NCBI GenBank assembly: GCA_028705565.1
Contig: JAQWDH010000003.1
Location: 9,371-73,370 of the forward strand
DNA length: 64,000 bases
Source of the DNA: Patescibacteria group bacterium
GTDB taxonomy: Bacteria; Patescibacteriota; Patescibacteriia; Magasanikbacterales; GWA2-37-8
Reading direction: 5' to 3'
Below the pieces are notes generated by a model. The model saw only the letters and a program-made list of their open reading frames with translations, did not search any database and had not been told where the DNA came from. Positions 47,042 through 55,744 of this stretch are shown piece after piece (the stretch's first letter is position 1; every line of letters begins with the position of its first letter). Position numbers and translations under genes: made by a program.

Positions 47042-48562
47042 TTAAATTCTCGGGAAAAGCATCTCGCCTTTTTTAACATCAACACCGCTTTTCAACCCAC
47101 CCCATTTAATTTCTTTCTTCAAATCAACAACATCTTCTGTCCTGATATTTAAACCATTAAGAATTCTTTCAGCGGTTCGCGGCATAATTGGTAAAAGCGA
47201 AATTCCAATATGGCGCAAACCTTCAGCCAGTTGATAAAGAAGCTCTGTAATATCCTCGCCTTTTTTCGCTTTTTCCCACGGTTTTTGTTCAGAAATCAAT
47301 TCATCGCATTTTGAAACCAACTCGTTTATCGCAATGATAATTTTATCAAACGCGAATTCTTCCAAAGCATCTTCGTATTCTTGCCAAAATTTCTTTACTT
47401 CAAAAAACGCTTCCGATTTTGGCGGAACTTTTCCATCGCTGTATTTTTCCAACATTGTTAAAATACGCGAAGTAAGATTTCCGACCCCGTTCGCCAAATG
47501 AGCCGTGTAAAATTTTTCAAAATTTTCAACTGTAAAATCACCGTCTTCATAAGCCGGCATCGCGCCCAAAAGATAATAACGCGTCGCGTCGGTTCCGTAT
47601 TTATTTACAATCTCAAACGGGTCAACCACATTTCCAAGCGACTTGCTCATTTTTTGGCCTCTTGATGTTATAAATCCGTGAATAAAAATTTGTTTTGACG
47701 GCTTTAAACCCGCTGACAAAAGCATCGCCTGCCACATTGCCGATTGCTGACGCAAGTTATCCTTGCCGGCCACCTGTAATCCGGGCCATAAAGAATTATA
47801 TTTTTTCATATCGTCAGGCCACCCGATGGTTGAAATATAATTTATAAGAGCGTCAAACCAAACATACATCACATGTTCAGAATCATTTGGAACTTCAATA
47901 CCCCACGGCATTTTGGATTTAAGACGAGAAATGCTGAAATCTTGCAGACATGATTCAACGAAATTTTTTATTTCGCGCAAACGATTTTTTGGTATGACGA
48001 ATTTTGGATTTTTTTCGTATATGTCCAACAATTTTTTTTGATATTTTGAAAATTTAAAAAAATAATTTTCTTCTTCAATTTGCTCCAATTCCATTTTAGG
48101 ATGTATCGGGCATCTGCCGTCCATTAGCTCGGAATCGGTTTTTTCCATTTCACAGCCGACGCAATATTTAACTTGATAATTTTTTTTATAAATATCGCCG
48201 TTTTTGTAACACAGCATCCAAAATTCTTGCGCGGCTTTGATATGGTGGGGGTCGGTTGTGCGAATAAAATTCGTGTAGCTTAAATCAAGCGCCCGTTTTA
48301 GCGCGTCAAACCTTGCCGCGTATTCGTCGCAATAAGCCAAGGGTTCTTTTTTTTGTTCCAAAGCTTTGCGGTATATTTTCATTCCATGTTCGTCCGTGCC
48401 AGTGTTAAAAACAACTTCCTCGCCTGACAAATGATGAAATCGCGCCAAAACATCAGCTTGTATTATTTCCAAAGCAAAACCGATGTGCGGTTCGGCATTC
48501 ACATACGGCAAAGTCGTGGTGATATAATATTTTTGTTTTTTTAATGGCATAAACAAAATCAA
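47042..48562 (-). CDS. metG: methionyl-tRNA synthetase
   Basis: HIGH region (..PYVNAEPHIGF..), KMSKS (QKMSKSLGN), and Cys-rich zinc knuckle(s) CVGCE..C. Confidence 0.9.
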   Translation of the reverse strand: MILFMPLKKQKYYITTTLPYVNAEPHIGFALEIIQADVLARFHHLSGEEVVFNTGTDEHGMKIYRKALEQKKEPLAYCDEYAARFDALKRALDLSYTNFIRTTDPHHIKAAQEFWMLCYKNGDIYKKNYQVKYCVGCEMEKTDSELMDGRCPIHPKMELEQIEEENYFFKFSKYQKKLLDIYEKNPKFVIPKNRLREIKNFVESCLQDFSISRLKSKMPWGIEVPNDSEHVMYVWFDALINYISTIGWPDDMKKYNSLWPGLQVAGKDNLRQQSAMWQAMLLSAGLKPSKQIFIHGFITSRGQKMSKSLGNVVDPFEIVNKYGTDATRYYLLGAMPAYEDGDFTVENFEKFYTAHLANGVGNLTSRILTMLEKYSDGKVPPKSEAFFEVKKFWQEYEDALEEFAFDKIIIAINELVSKCDELISEQKPWEKAKKGEDITELLYQLAEGLRHIGISLLPIMPRTAERILNGLNIRTEDVVDLKKEIKWGGLKSGVDVKKGEMLFPRI

Positions 48563-48564
48563 AA

Positions 48565-49323
48565 TTAAGATTGGATTACGACTACGAATTCCCCTCTTTC
48601 TTCTTTCATATCCTCTAAAACTTGCGCCGGCGTTCCTCTATAAACCGTTTCAAACATTTTTGTAAGTTCTCTGCATACGATTATCTGTTTTTTCGGTTCC
48701 AAAATATCATTTAGCTCTTGCAAACATTTTTTTATGCGATGACCCGATTCATAAAACACAGCAGTGTATTTTTGCTCTTTTAATTCTTTAAAAAATTTTT
48801 GCCGTTTGTTTTTATGAGGAGGAAAACCCATAAAAACGTATTTATCGGTTGGAAATCCGGAAATTGACAACGCGGCGACTGCGGCGCAGGGGCCTGGAAT
48901 CGGTATAATATTGTCATTCCCGCGAAAGCGGGAATCCATCGCGCGATTATAAAAAGAGATTCCTCCGTTACAATCAAAATGACAGTGTGGATTTCCGCTT
49001 TCGCGGGAATGACAATCACAGACGATGTCCCTAATCAATAAATTTCCAGGGTCGCTTATTCCCGGTGTTCCGGCATCAGTGACTAACGCCAAATTTTTAT
49101 CTTCGTCCAATAATTTTTTAATATTTTTAATCGTTTTTTCATCGCTATGCTGGTGATAGCTTATCAAAGGTTTTCCGATTTTGTAGTGTTCCAACAACTT
49201 TTTTGTCACGCGCGTGTCCTCACATAATATAAAATCAACGCTTTTCAATGTTTCAAGCGCGCGCAAAGTTATATCGCTCAAGTTTCCTATTGGCGTAGCC
49301 ACTATATATAGTTTTCCTGCCAT
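48565..49323 (-). CDS. rsmI: 16S rRNA (cytidine1402-2'-O)-methyltransferase RsmI carrying an in-frame 35-codon insertion derived from a palindromic mini-element
   Basis: N-terminal LYIVATPIGNLSDIT..ILCEDTR and C-terminal ..FYESGHR..ELTKMFE are RsmI-typical. An extra segment CDCHSRESGNPHCHFDCNGGISFYNRAMDSRFRGND sits between the DPG and PIPGPCAA blocks. Confidence 0.85.
   Translation of the reverse strand: MAGKLYIVATPIGNLSDITLRALETLKSVDFILCEDTRVTKKLLEHYKIGKPLISYHQHSDEKTIKNIKKLLDEDKNLALVTDAGTPGISDPGNLLIRDIVCDCHSRESGNPHCHFDCNGGISFYNRAMDSRFRGNDNIIPIPGPCAAVAALSISGFPTDKYVFMGFPPHKNKRQKFFKELKEQKYTAVFYESGHRIKKCLQELNDILEPKKQIIVCRELTKMFETVYRGTPAQVLEDMKEERGEFVVVIQS
48911..49015. repeat. palindromic mini-element, copy C (105 nt): inverted units TTGTCATTCCCGCGAAAGCGGGAATCC ... 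GGATTTCCGCTTTCGCGGGAATGACAA, inserted in-frame in rsmI
   Basis: Seen directly. It is exactly 105 nt (35 codons). It also generates the spurious antisense ORF 48780..49019 (..VIPAKAEIH..WIPAFAGMT..). Confidence 0.75.
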
Positions 49324-49334
49324 ATAACCATATT

Positions 49335-49387
49335 ATACTAAAAAAGCCAAAATAAATCAAAAATACCCCTTTTAAGGGGGTATTTTA
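49335..49387 (-). terminator. rho-independent terminator downstream of the ferredoxin gene
   Basis: Hairpin AAAATACCCC-tttta-GGGGGTATTTT, followed on the minus strand by a T-rich tract. Confidence 0.6.
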
Positions 49388-49396
49388 ACTGTTTTT

Positions 49397-49576
49397 CTAC
49401 TCAATCGTTATCGCCTGCGCAGGACAGGTCTCAACGGCCGATTTTATAGTTTCCGCGTCGTCGCCTGTTTCATTCGCCACTCCGACTTTTCCGTCATCGT
49501 CAAATTTAAAAGTATTTTCAGCGACAGCTATGCACGCTCCGCAACCGATGCATTTTTCCTTATCTATTTTAATCAT
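49397..49576 (-). CDS. small 4Fe-4S ferredoxin (59 aa). It falls below the 60-aa cutoff of the supplied ORF track and so is absent from it.
   Basis: Translation MIKIDKEKCIGCGACIAVAENTFKFDDDGKVGVANETGDDAETIKSAVETCPAQAITIE, with a CxxCxxC...CP motif. Confidence 0.65.
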   Translation of the reverse strand: MIKIDKEKCIGCGACIAVAENTFKFDDDGKVGVANETGDDAETIKSAVETCPAQAITIE

Positions 49577-49588
49577 AAAATTATGAAA

Positions 49589-50284
49589 TTAAGATTTAAA
49601 ATATTTTTCCAAATAAAATTTTAATAATTCTTCGGCAGCCGGCAACGAATCCTTGCCTAAAGCTCCGATTTTTAATTTTTTTTGCAAATCTTCAATGGTT
49701 TTCGCGCCTTCCAAAACCGCTTCTTCAATATCTTTATCCGTAATGTTTAAAACAGAATCAATCACTTTCGCGCCGGCGGTAAGCACCCGTTCGTGCTTAC
49801 CTGTTTTGCGGAAATAATCGTTTATCGCCGCTTGCAACGCCTTATCTCCCAAAACCGAACAGTGAATTTTTCTGTCCGGCAAACCGCCAAGCCGAGCGAT
49901 AATGTCTTGCGGTTTAATTTTTAACGCATCTTCAATTTTCATTCCGTCTTTTTCGGTTATCATTTCGCTTAAAACAGAAGTGGACGCGATGGCAGAACCG
50001 CAACCAAAAGTGCGCCAGCGGCACTCTTTGATTTTTTCGGTTTCCGGCTCTATTTTAAGCCATAAAACCATTTCGTCTCCGCAAGCCGGAGAACCGACTC
50101 TGCCCATTGCGTTAAATTCAAATTTTTCTTCCTCGCCGTAGCGCATAAAATTGCGAGGATTAAAAAAATGGTCTTTGACAACATCCGAATACAGCCAACC
50201 ACCCCCGCCAGCTTCGCGGATATTTACTTCTTCCGATAAGTTTTCTTTTTTTATCGCTTCGTCTGACATAAGACAATAATTCAA
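49589..50284 (-). CDS. nifU: NifU-type Fe-S cluster assembly scaffold (IscU-like N-domain plus C-terminal extension)
   Basis: ..GSPACGDEMVLWLKI.., ..FGCGSAIASTS.., and a conserved Cys in ..KIHCS.. Confidence 0.75.
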   Translation of the reverse strand: MNYCLMSDEAIKKENLSEEVNIREAGGGGWLYSDVVKDHFFNPRNFMRYGEEEKFEFNAMGRVGSPACGDEMVLWLKIEPETEKIKECRWRTFGCGSAIASTSVLSEMITEKDGMKIEDALKIKPQDIIARLGGLPDRKIHCSVLGDKALQAAINDYFRKTGKHERVLTAGAKVIDSVLNITDKDIEEAVLEGAKTIEDLQKKLKIGALGKDSLPAAEELLKFYLEKYFKS

Positions 50285-50286
50285 AT

Positions 50287-51519
50287 TTATTTGTATCTCG
50301 CGTGTTTTTGTTTTTCCATACGCACCGGCGACATTTCACGCAGCTGTTCAACAATTACGGGTAAATATTTCATTAAATAATCAACATCTTGTTTTGTATT
50401 TCGCCTGCCCAAGCTGAAACGCAAACTGCCATGCGCGTATTCATAAGGCATTCCAAGCGCGCGCAAAACATGCGACGGTTCCAGCGACTCGGAGGTGCAC
50501 GCAGAACCGGTTGAACACATAATGCCATATTCATCCAAATACAAAAGCAAAGATTCTCCCTCAATATCCATAAAAGTGATATTTAAATTGCTCGACAAAC
50601 GATCATCCCCTATTTCCGGCCCGTTTAATTTTATGTTTTGAATTTTTTCTTGAATTTTTTTCCAAAGATACAAAGAAAGCTTTCTCATTTTTTTATTCTC
50701 CTTTTCTTTTTCATTTTGCGCTATTTCCAACGCCTTGGCCAAACCGACTATCCCGGGAACATTTTCCGTGCCGGCGTTTAAATTTCTTTCCTGTCCACCG
50801 CCCAAAATCATCGGTTTTATTTTTATTCCCCTCCTGATGTAAAGCGCGCCAATGCCTTTTGGACCGTAAATTTTACTGCCGTTCAAAGTTAAAAAATCCA
50901 CGTGTAATTTTTCCACATCCAAACTAAGGTATCCGGCGGCTTGGCAAGCGTCCGTGTGAAAATACGGATATGGAGTATTGTGTTCTTTGCGGTATTTTAA
51001 AATCACTCGGCCGATATCCGCTATCGGCTCTATGACTCCGATTTCATTATTTGTATACATCACGCTTATCAATACCGTGTCCGGTCTTATGGATTTGTAA
51101 ATTTCTTCCGGACTTACAAAACCTTCCTCATTAACTTTTACTTTTGTTATTTTCCAGCCCTGTTTTTCCAAGTCTTCCAACGGATGCAAAATAGCATGAT
51201 GCTCAATCGGTATTGTAATAATATGCTTTCCGCGCTGTTCATGAGCGCGAGCCATTCCGTAAATCGCCAAGTTATCCGAGGCCGTGCCTCCGCCTACAAA
51301 AATTATATTTTCCGGCAATGCGTGGAGTATTTGCGCGATTTTACGGCGACTGTCATTGACAGCGGCATTTGCTTCGCGTCCGGCGCGATGCAAAGACGAT
51401 GGATTGCCGTATGTTTTAGAATAATACGGCAACATCGCTTTAACAACGCGTTCATCGGTGTAAGCCGTCGCCGCGTGGTCAAAATATATTTCACGAATTT
51501 TTTTTGGTTTTGGCAACAT
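50287..51519 (-). CDS. nifS: cysteine desulfurase (NifS/IscS family, PLP-dependent)
   Basis: ..YFDHAATA.., a PLP lysine region, and an active-site Cys loop ..STGSACTSESLEPSHVL.. Confidence 0.85.
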   Translation of the reverse strand: MLPKPKKIREIYFDHAATAYTDERVVKAMLPYYSKTYGNPSSLHRAGREANAAVNDSRRKIAQILHALPENIIFVGGGTASDNLAIYGMARAHEQRGKHIITIPIEHHAILHPLEDLEKQGWKITKVKVNEEGFVSPEEIYKSIRPDTVLISVMYTNNEIGVIEPIADIGRVILKYRKEHNTPYPYFHTDACQAAGYLSLDVEKLHVDFLTLNGSKIYGPKGIGALYIRRGIKIKPMILGGGQERNLNAGTENVPGIVGLAKALEIAQNEKEKENKKMRKLSLYLWKKIQEKIQNIKLNGPEIGDDRLSSNLNITFMDIEGESLLLYLDEYGIMCSTGSACTSESLEPSHVLRALGMPYEYAHGSLRFSLGRRNTKQDVDYLMKYLPVIVEQLREMSPVRMEKQKHARYK

Positions 51520-51529
51520 AGCGCAAATA

Positions 51530-52120
51530 TTATAAAGGCAATGTAAGATTAATATTTTTTTTCATCGCGTCCGCGGCGGTTTGGCAATCAAAATTTACCG
51601 CGAAAGGAATTGTCTCTCCGGAAAAATTTTTATAAAACAACTGTTTGTTCGCTTTTCCAAAATCGTATATTTCTTTCGTTACTCTTACATCTTGCTCACA
51701 ATATTTTTTTATCTCGTCTATTTTTCCTTCTTTCCACCATCTTATCGCCTGCAAACCATCAGCGCTTTTGTTCACATTATCCAAAGTCGCTTCGGCCAAA
51801 TCCGATAATTTAATCCGAACACCTATGCTGTCCTTCACTTTTTTCATAATATCCAAATGTGGCAATAAAAGCAAATCACCCATATAATAATTGTTTAAAA
51901 TCGGCATATCAAAATGTTCGCTGTTGTATCCGATAATTCTGTCAGCTTTTTCCAAAATCGCCCAAAGTTTTCCGAATTCGCTTTCAACGAAACTTTGATA
52001 CGTGTCTGTTGAGTATTGATAAATGGAAACCACTGAAATTTTTAATTTTTTAAAATCATTTTCAACTTCAGTGAAACTATTTTGCGTTTCTATATCTATC
52101 ACTATTTCATTTGTCATATT
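51530..52120 (-). CDS. RNase H-like 3'-5' exonuclease-fold protein (hypothetical; start at the internal Met MTNEIVIDIET)
   Basis: ..VIDIETQNSF.. (DEDD-like acidic motif I) and ..GYNSEHFDMPIL.. The longest ORF overlaps thiI, which supports the later start. Confidence 0.45.
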   Translation of the reverse strand, partial: NMTNEIVIDIETQNSFTEVENDFKKLKISVVSIYQYSTDTYQSFVESEFGKLWAILEKADRIIGYNSEHFDMPILNNYYMGDLLLLPHLDIMKKVKDSIGVRIKLSDLAEATLDNVNKSADGLQAIRWWKEGKIDEIKKYCEQDVRVTKEIYDFGKANKQLFYKNFSGETIPFAVNFDCQTAADAMKKNINLTLPL

Positions 52121-53237
52121 TAAAAATGAATTCTTCAAAATTATCGGCTTTAAAATTTGAAAAATCAAGCCGTTTTTCAATTTCCAAAATTTTATCAATG
52201 TTTGATTTTATCACAGGATGTCTTGCCACAAACAAACTGCAACAATCTTCATACGGACGATTTGAAATTTCTAAAGCGCCGATATCGGCGGCGATATTCA
52301 TAATTTCTCTTTTGTTCGTACCGATAAGCGGCGGAAATTTTAACATGTCGGTCGCGGAATAAATCGCATTCATATTTTCCAAAGTTTGCGAAGCTACCTG
52401 TCCCAGACTATCTCCGGTAATCAAAGCGCCACATCTTTCTTTTTTGGCTATTTTCTCCGCTATTTTAAAAAATAAACGGCGAACAGTTATCATTCTGCAA
52501 TCGGCCGGTATTTTTTTCACTGTTTCTTTTTGATATTCCGCGAAAGGAATTATTATCAATTTTACTTTCGGCTGATAACGCGCCAGCGCCAGCGCCAAAT
52601 CAAAAATTTTTTGCGACACTTCGTTTAAAACGGTTGTTTGGTTTTGAAAATGCGCCAAAACCACTTCAGCCCCCCTTTTCATCATTTGATACGCCGCCAC
52701 AGGGCTATCTATTCCTCCGGAAAGAAGGCATAGTACTTTTCCGGAAGACCCGGTCGGCAAACCTCCGGCTCCGGACACAACTTCAGTATAAACAAAAGAC
52801 TCATTTTTGCCAATATTTAGTCGTATATCAATATCGTAATTTTTTAAATCAACTTTCAACTTTTTTTTAATCCGTATATAGTCGCCTATCCGTTTCTCCA
52901 ATTCATACGAAGACAGCTCGTATCCTTTCCATGTCCTGTTCGCGGTGATGCGAAAAGTTTTAATATCCGCGGAAAAAACAAAATCGCCCGCGGCTTTTTT
53001 AAGTTCTTCAACTTCACTTTTAACTTTTGTCGCGCGCGCGAAATTGGAGATGCCAGGAATTTTTTTTAATCTTTCCGCGTCTTCTCCTTTAAATTTTTCA
53101 GCCAAAATTCCGCTTTCAACTCTTTGAAATTTAGAAAACGGAAAAAGTTTCTTCAAATTGTCAAGCAGGCATCTATAAAAAAACGGCTGGTTTCCTCCTT
53201 TCAAAAAAATTTCATCCGGGTGAATTATCAAATCCAT
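52107..53237 (-). CDS. thiI: tRNA 4-thiouridine synthase ThiI (THUMP plus PP-loop ATP pyrophosphatase)
   Basis: PP-loop ..LLSGGIDSPVAAY.. and an N-terminal THUMP-like region. Confidence 0.8.
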   Translation of the reverse strand: MDLIIHPDEIFLKGGNQPFFYRCLLDNLKKLFPFSKFQRVESGILAEKFKGEDAERLKKIPGISNFARATKVKSEVEELKKAAGDFVFSADIKTFRITANRTWKGYELSSYELEKRIGDYIRIKKKLKVDLKNYDIDIRLNIGKNESFVYTEVVSGAGGLPTGSSGKVLCLLSGGIDSPVAAYQMMKRGAEVVLAHFQNQTTVLNEVSQKIFDLALALARYQPKVKLIIIPFAEYQKETVKKIPADCRMITVRRLFFKIAEKIAKKERCGALITGDSLGQVASQTLENMNAIYSATDMLKFPPLIGTNKREIMNIAADIGALEISNRPYEDCCSLFVARHPVIKSNIDKILEIEKRLDFSNFKADNFEEFIFKYDK

Positions 53238-53247
53238 ACTTTCAACG

Positions 53248-54072
53248 TTAAATTATGTAAATTGGCAAAATAATTTTTTTCATTTCATCAAAAAGTTCGC
53301 GCAAATTATCATTTCTTACGCCGCTGGATATTTTTTCCACCACTGCTTTGTCAGGATTGGAAAAAACAAAACTAAAATCGCCTTTTTTTATAAAATGAAT
53401 GTTATAAATCAAATAATTCGGCAGATAAAAATTCAAACTATTTTTATTTGAATCGCGGATTTTGTCAATAATCGCCAAAAGTTTTTCGGAATTTTTATTA
53501 TTTTCAAAGTTTATTTTAATGTCTTTTTTTCGCAAAATATCAGCGATGAAATTTTGTTCGCCGATGTCAATACAGCGCGTATTTTTTAAAAGATTTTCAA
53601 CGAGAAAAAACGGTTTTTGTTTTTCAACGCGTCCGCAAGCGGCGGCCGTCATCTTCGCGGATTTGCGAAAATGCGCTTCTTTTTCTTCAACCGGCGACAA
53701 TAAAAATTTTAAATAATGAAAATACGCCAATTTTAAAGAATTGCGAAAAATTATTTTTTCGTCAATCCCCGAAATATATTCTTTGCCACCCACGTCTTTT
53801 CCATAAATATAATTCCATCCGCGTTTAAAAAAAAATTTCGGCAAAAACGCGATATTTATGTTATTTCCGTAATTATTTTTAATTTCCAACGCTCCTTTTT
53901 TGTCAGATAAATAACTTAAAAAATCGCCTATGCCGGCGACAATATAAAAATCAATATCGCTTTTTTCATCCGCCTCGCCGTGCAAATAACTTCCTCCGAG
54001 CAAAACCAATCCTCTTGCGTATTTTTTTTGCAAAGCGCGGTGTATTTCGTTAACATTTTCTGAAGAAAACAT
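53248..54072 (-). CDS. nucleotidyltransferase-fold (Pol-beta-like) protein of unknown specificity
   Basis: Minimal NTase motif ..LLGGSYLHGEADEKSDIDFYIV.. (GS...DxD). Start taken at the internal Met to avoid overlap with the downstream gene. Confidence 0.5.
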   Translation of the reverse strand: MFSSENVNEIHRALQKKYARGLVLLGGSYLHGEADEKSDIDFYIVAGIGDFLSYLSDKKGALEIKNNYGNNINIAFLPKFFFKRGWNYIYGKDVGGKEYISGIDEKIIFRNSLKLAYFHYLKFLLSPVEEKEAHFRKSAKMTAAACGRVEKQKPFFLVENLLKNTRCIDIGEQNFIADILRKKDIKINFENNKNSEKLLAIIDKIRDSNKNSLNFYLPNYLIYNIHFIKKGDFSFVFSNPDKAVVEKISSGVRNDNLRELFDEMKKIILPIYII

Positions 54073-54074
54073 AT

Positions 54075-54683
54075 TTAATCCACCCACTTCGCCCGTTTGT
54101 ATTTTACGACCCAAAAACCGCAAATAAAAATTCCTGTCGCAAAACCAATAATGGCGTTTAAAGCAAAACTCGGACGGGACGGAAATTGAGACGCAAGCGG
54201 CGCGCTTACGATTTTTATGGTTACATCGTTACCTATGTATTCCCAACCGCGAGTAACCAGCACCTGCGTTACCGCTCCGGCAAGAGCGGACGCATCTTCT
54301 TTTGTTGAACCATACGCGTTGATTTTCATCATGCTCGTGCCGTAAACCATTTCTCCGCGCGCGTCTTTTTGCCACTTTTTTCTTTGTTGCCGCTCATTCA
54401 ACGCCTGCCAGTCAGTTTTATTAAAATTCGCCAAGGGCGCCTCCATCACTTTGTTATAAAAATCTGATGTCTTTATAATTTGCGTTAAATTTTCTCCGAT
54501 TCTTTCCGATAATTTTATTTGCGTGTATGGGTCCGTGTTTAAACTGTCGCGAGAAATTATCAAAACTTCGCTTTGGGCGCTGTATTGCCATGGAAAAAAT
54601 AAACTTGCGGCGGCGAATATAAAAGCAAAAACCATTCCCCAGAAAAAAATAAGACGAACATTTTTTAATAAAGATTGTGTCAT
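54075..54683 (-). CDS. Wzz/PCP-like (chain-length determinant-type) membrane protein
   Basis: N-terminal and C-terminal TM helices bracketing a periplasmic helical domain; the topology is typical of polysaccharide co-polymerases. Confidence 0.45.
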   Translation of the reverse strand: MTQSLLKNVRLIFFWGMVFAFIFAAASLFFPWQYSAQSEVLIISRDSLNTDPYTQIKLSERIGENLTQIIKTSDFYNKVMEAPLANFNKTDWQALNERQQRKKWQKDARGEMVYGTSMMKINAYGSTKEDASALAGAVTQVLVTRGWEYIGNDVTIKIVSAPLASQFPSRPSFALNAIIGFATGIFICGFWVVKYKRAKWVD

Positions 54684-54687
54684 ATAT

Positions 54688-55740
54688 TTATATTTCCATA
54701 TTTAAAATCTTTGTTTCAATGGTAATATTTTTTCCATTGCGGAGAACCGTGAGACGGACGCTCTCGCTGTCTAAAAAACTTCCGAACGTGGCGGCGGCAA
54801 CAGGCTGGCCGTTAATTTCCAAAATCAAATCGCCTTTTTTAAGCAAACTGCCGGACGACCAAATTTTGTTCACCGCGAACCCGCCCACTTTTTCATTTTT
54901 TACGACCAGCGGTTTATCTTCGCTGAACCAACCTTCCGCGCCCAAAGACGGATAAATGATTTTTTGTTTATTCAAAACAGAAGGCAAAATTTTCGTTAAA
55001 ACAACCGCCGGGATAACTGAGCCATTTTTATTCACCAGACCCAATAATCTTCCCTGACTGTTTATAACAGTTGAGCCGGCCGTAAAATCGCCTTCCAACG
55101 AATAAGAAAATGAGACAACTCCGTCCAAATGCGACGCGTCAAACAAATTATATTTCGGCTGTCCGACAACAGTATGCTGCCAACCGCCGTTTTCATTCAC
55201 AAACACGTCTTCATAATACGCTCCTGACCTTTCCGCGAAGCTGGTTATTTTAAATTGTTTATTGACGATTTTTAAATAAAGAATGTCGGAATAATTATCC
55301 AACAACGCTTTTTCAGGACGATTAACAGAGCCATCCGATAAAATCAAATAAAGATTTTTAAAATTTCTATCATAATCCGGCGCGTACATCACCAGCCATC
55401 CGTCTGAACTTACCATTATGGCATCGCCAATTTTTTTATTCAAATAATTATTGCCGTAAAAACCGATCGAACCGCGATATACTTCGGCGGAACGCTCAGA
55501 CATTTCTATTTTAATTCTGTCTTCCAATTGATAAATGGCGTTGTTGCGCATCGCGTAAGATTGCAGCCAATAATCTCCTTCGTTTGAATTCGGCCAAACC
55601 CAACCCAAAATTATTGATGCTCCGCTCATACCGGCAATCAACCCAAAAATGGCGACAACAAAAAAAAGCTTTAATCTTTGCCAAAGCTTATGGTCATTTA
55701 TATCGCAACAATGTAAAGGAAGGTGGGGGGGAATTTTCAT
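54688..55740 (-). CDS. membrane-anchored trypsin-fold/PDZ-domain protein (possibly degenerate serine protease)
   Basis: N-terminal TM. ..AGSTVINSQGRLLGLVN.. sits where DegP-type proteases have GNSGGPL. C-terminal PDZ (..GGFAVNKIWSSGSLLKKGDLILEINGQPV..). Confidence 0.45.
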   Translation of the reverse strand: MKIPPHLPLHCCDINDHKLWQRLKLFFVVAIFGLIAGMSGASIILGWVWPNSNEGDYWLQSYAMRNNAIYQLEDRIKIEMSERSAEVYRGSIGFYGNNYLNKKIGDAIMVSSDGWLVMYAPDYDRNFKNLYLILSDGSVNRPEKALLDNYSDILYLKIVNKQFKITSFAERSGAYYEDVFVNENGGWQHTVVGQPKYNLFDASHLDGVVSFSYSLEGDFTAGSTVINSQGRLLGLVNKNGSVIPAVVLTKILPSVLNKQKIIYPSLGAEGWFSEDKPLVVKNEKVGGFAVNKIWSSGSLLKKGDLILEINGQPVAAATFGSFLDSESVRLTVLRNGKNITIETKILNMEI

Positions 55741-55744
55741 AATA

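Noticed and set aside
48780-49019. 79-aa ORF on the minus strand (..VIPAKAEIH..WIPAFAGMT..)
   Set aside because: It is the alternative-frame translation of the palindromic element inside rsmI. The palindrome keeps all frames open, so this is not an independent gene.
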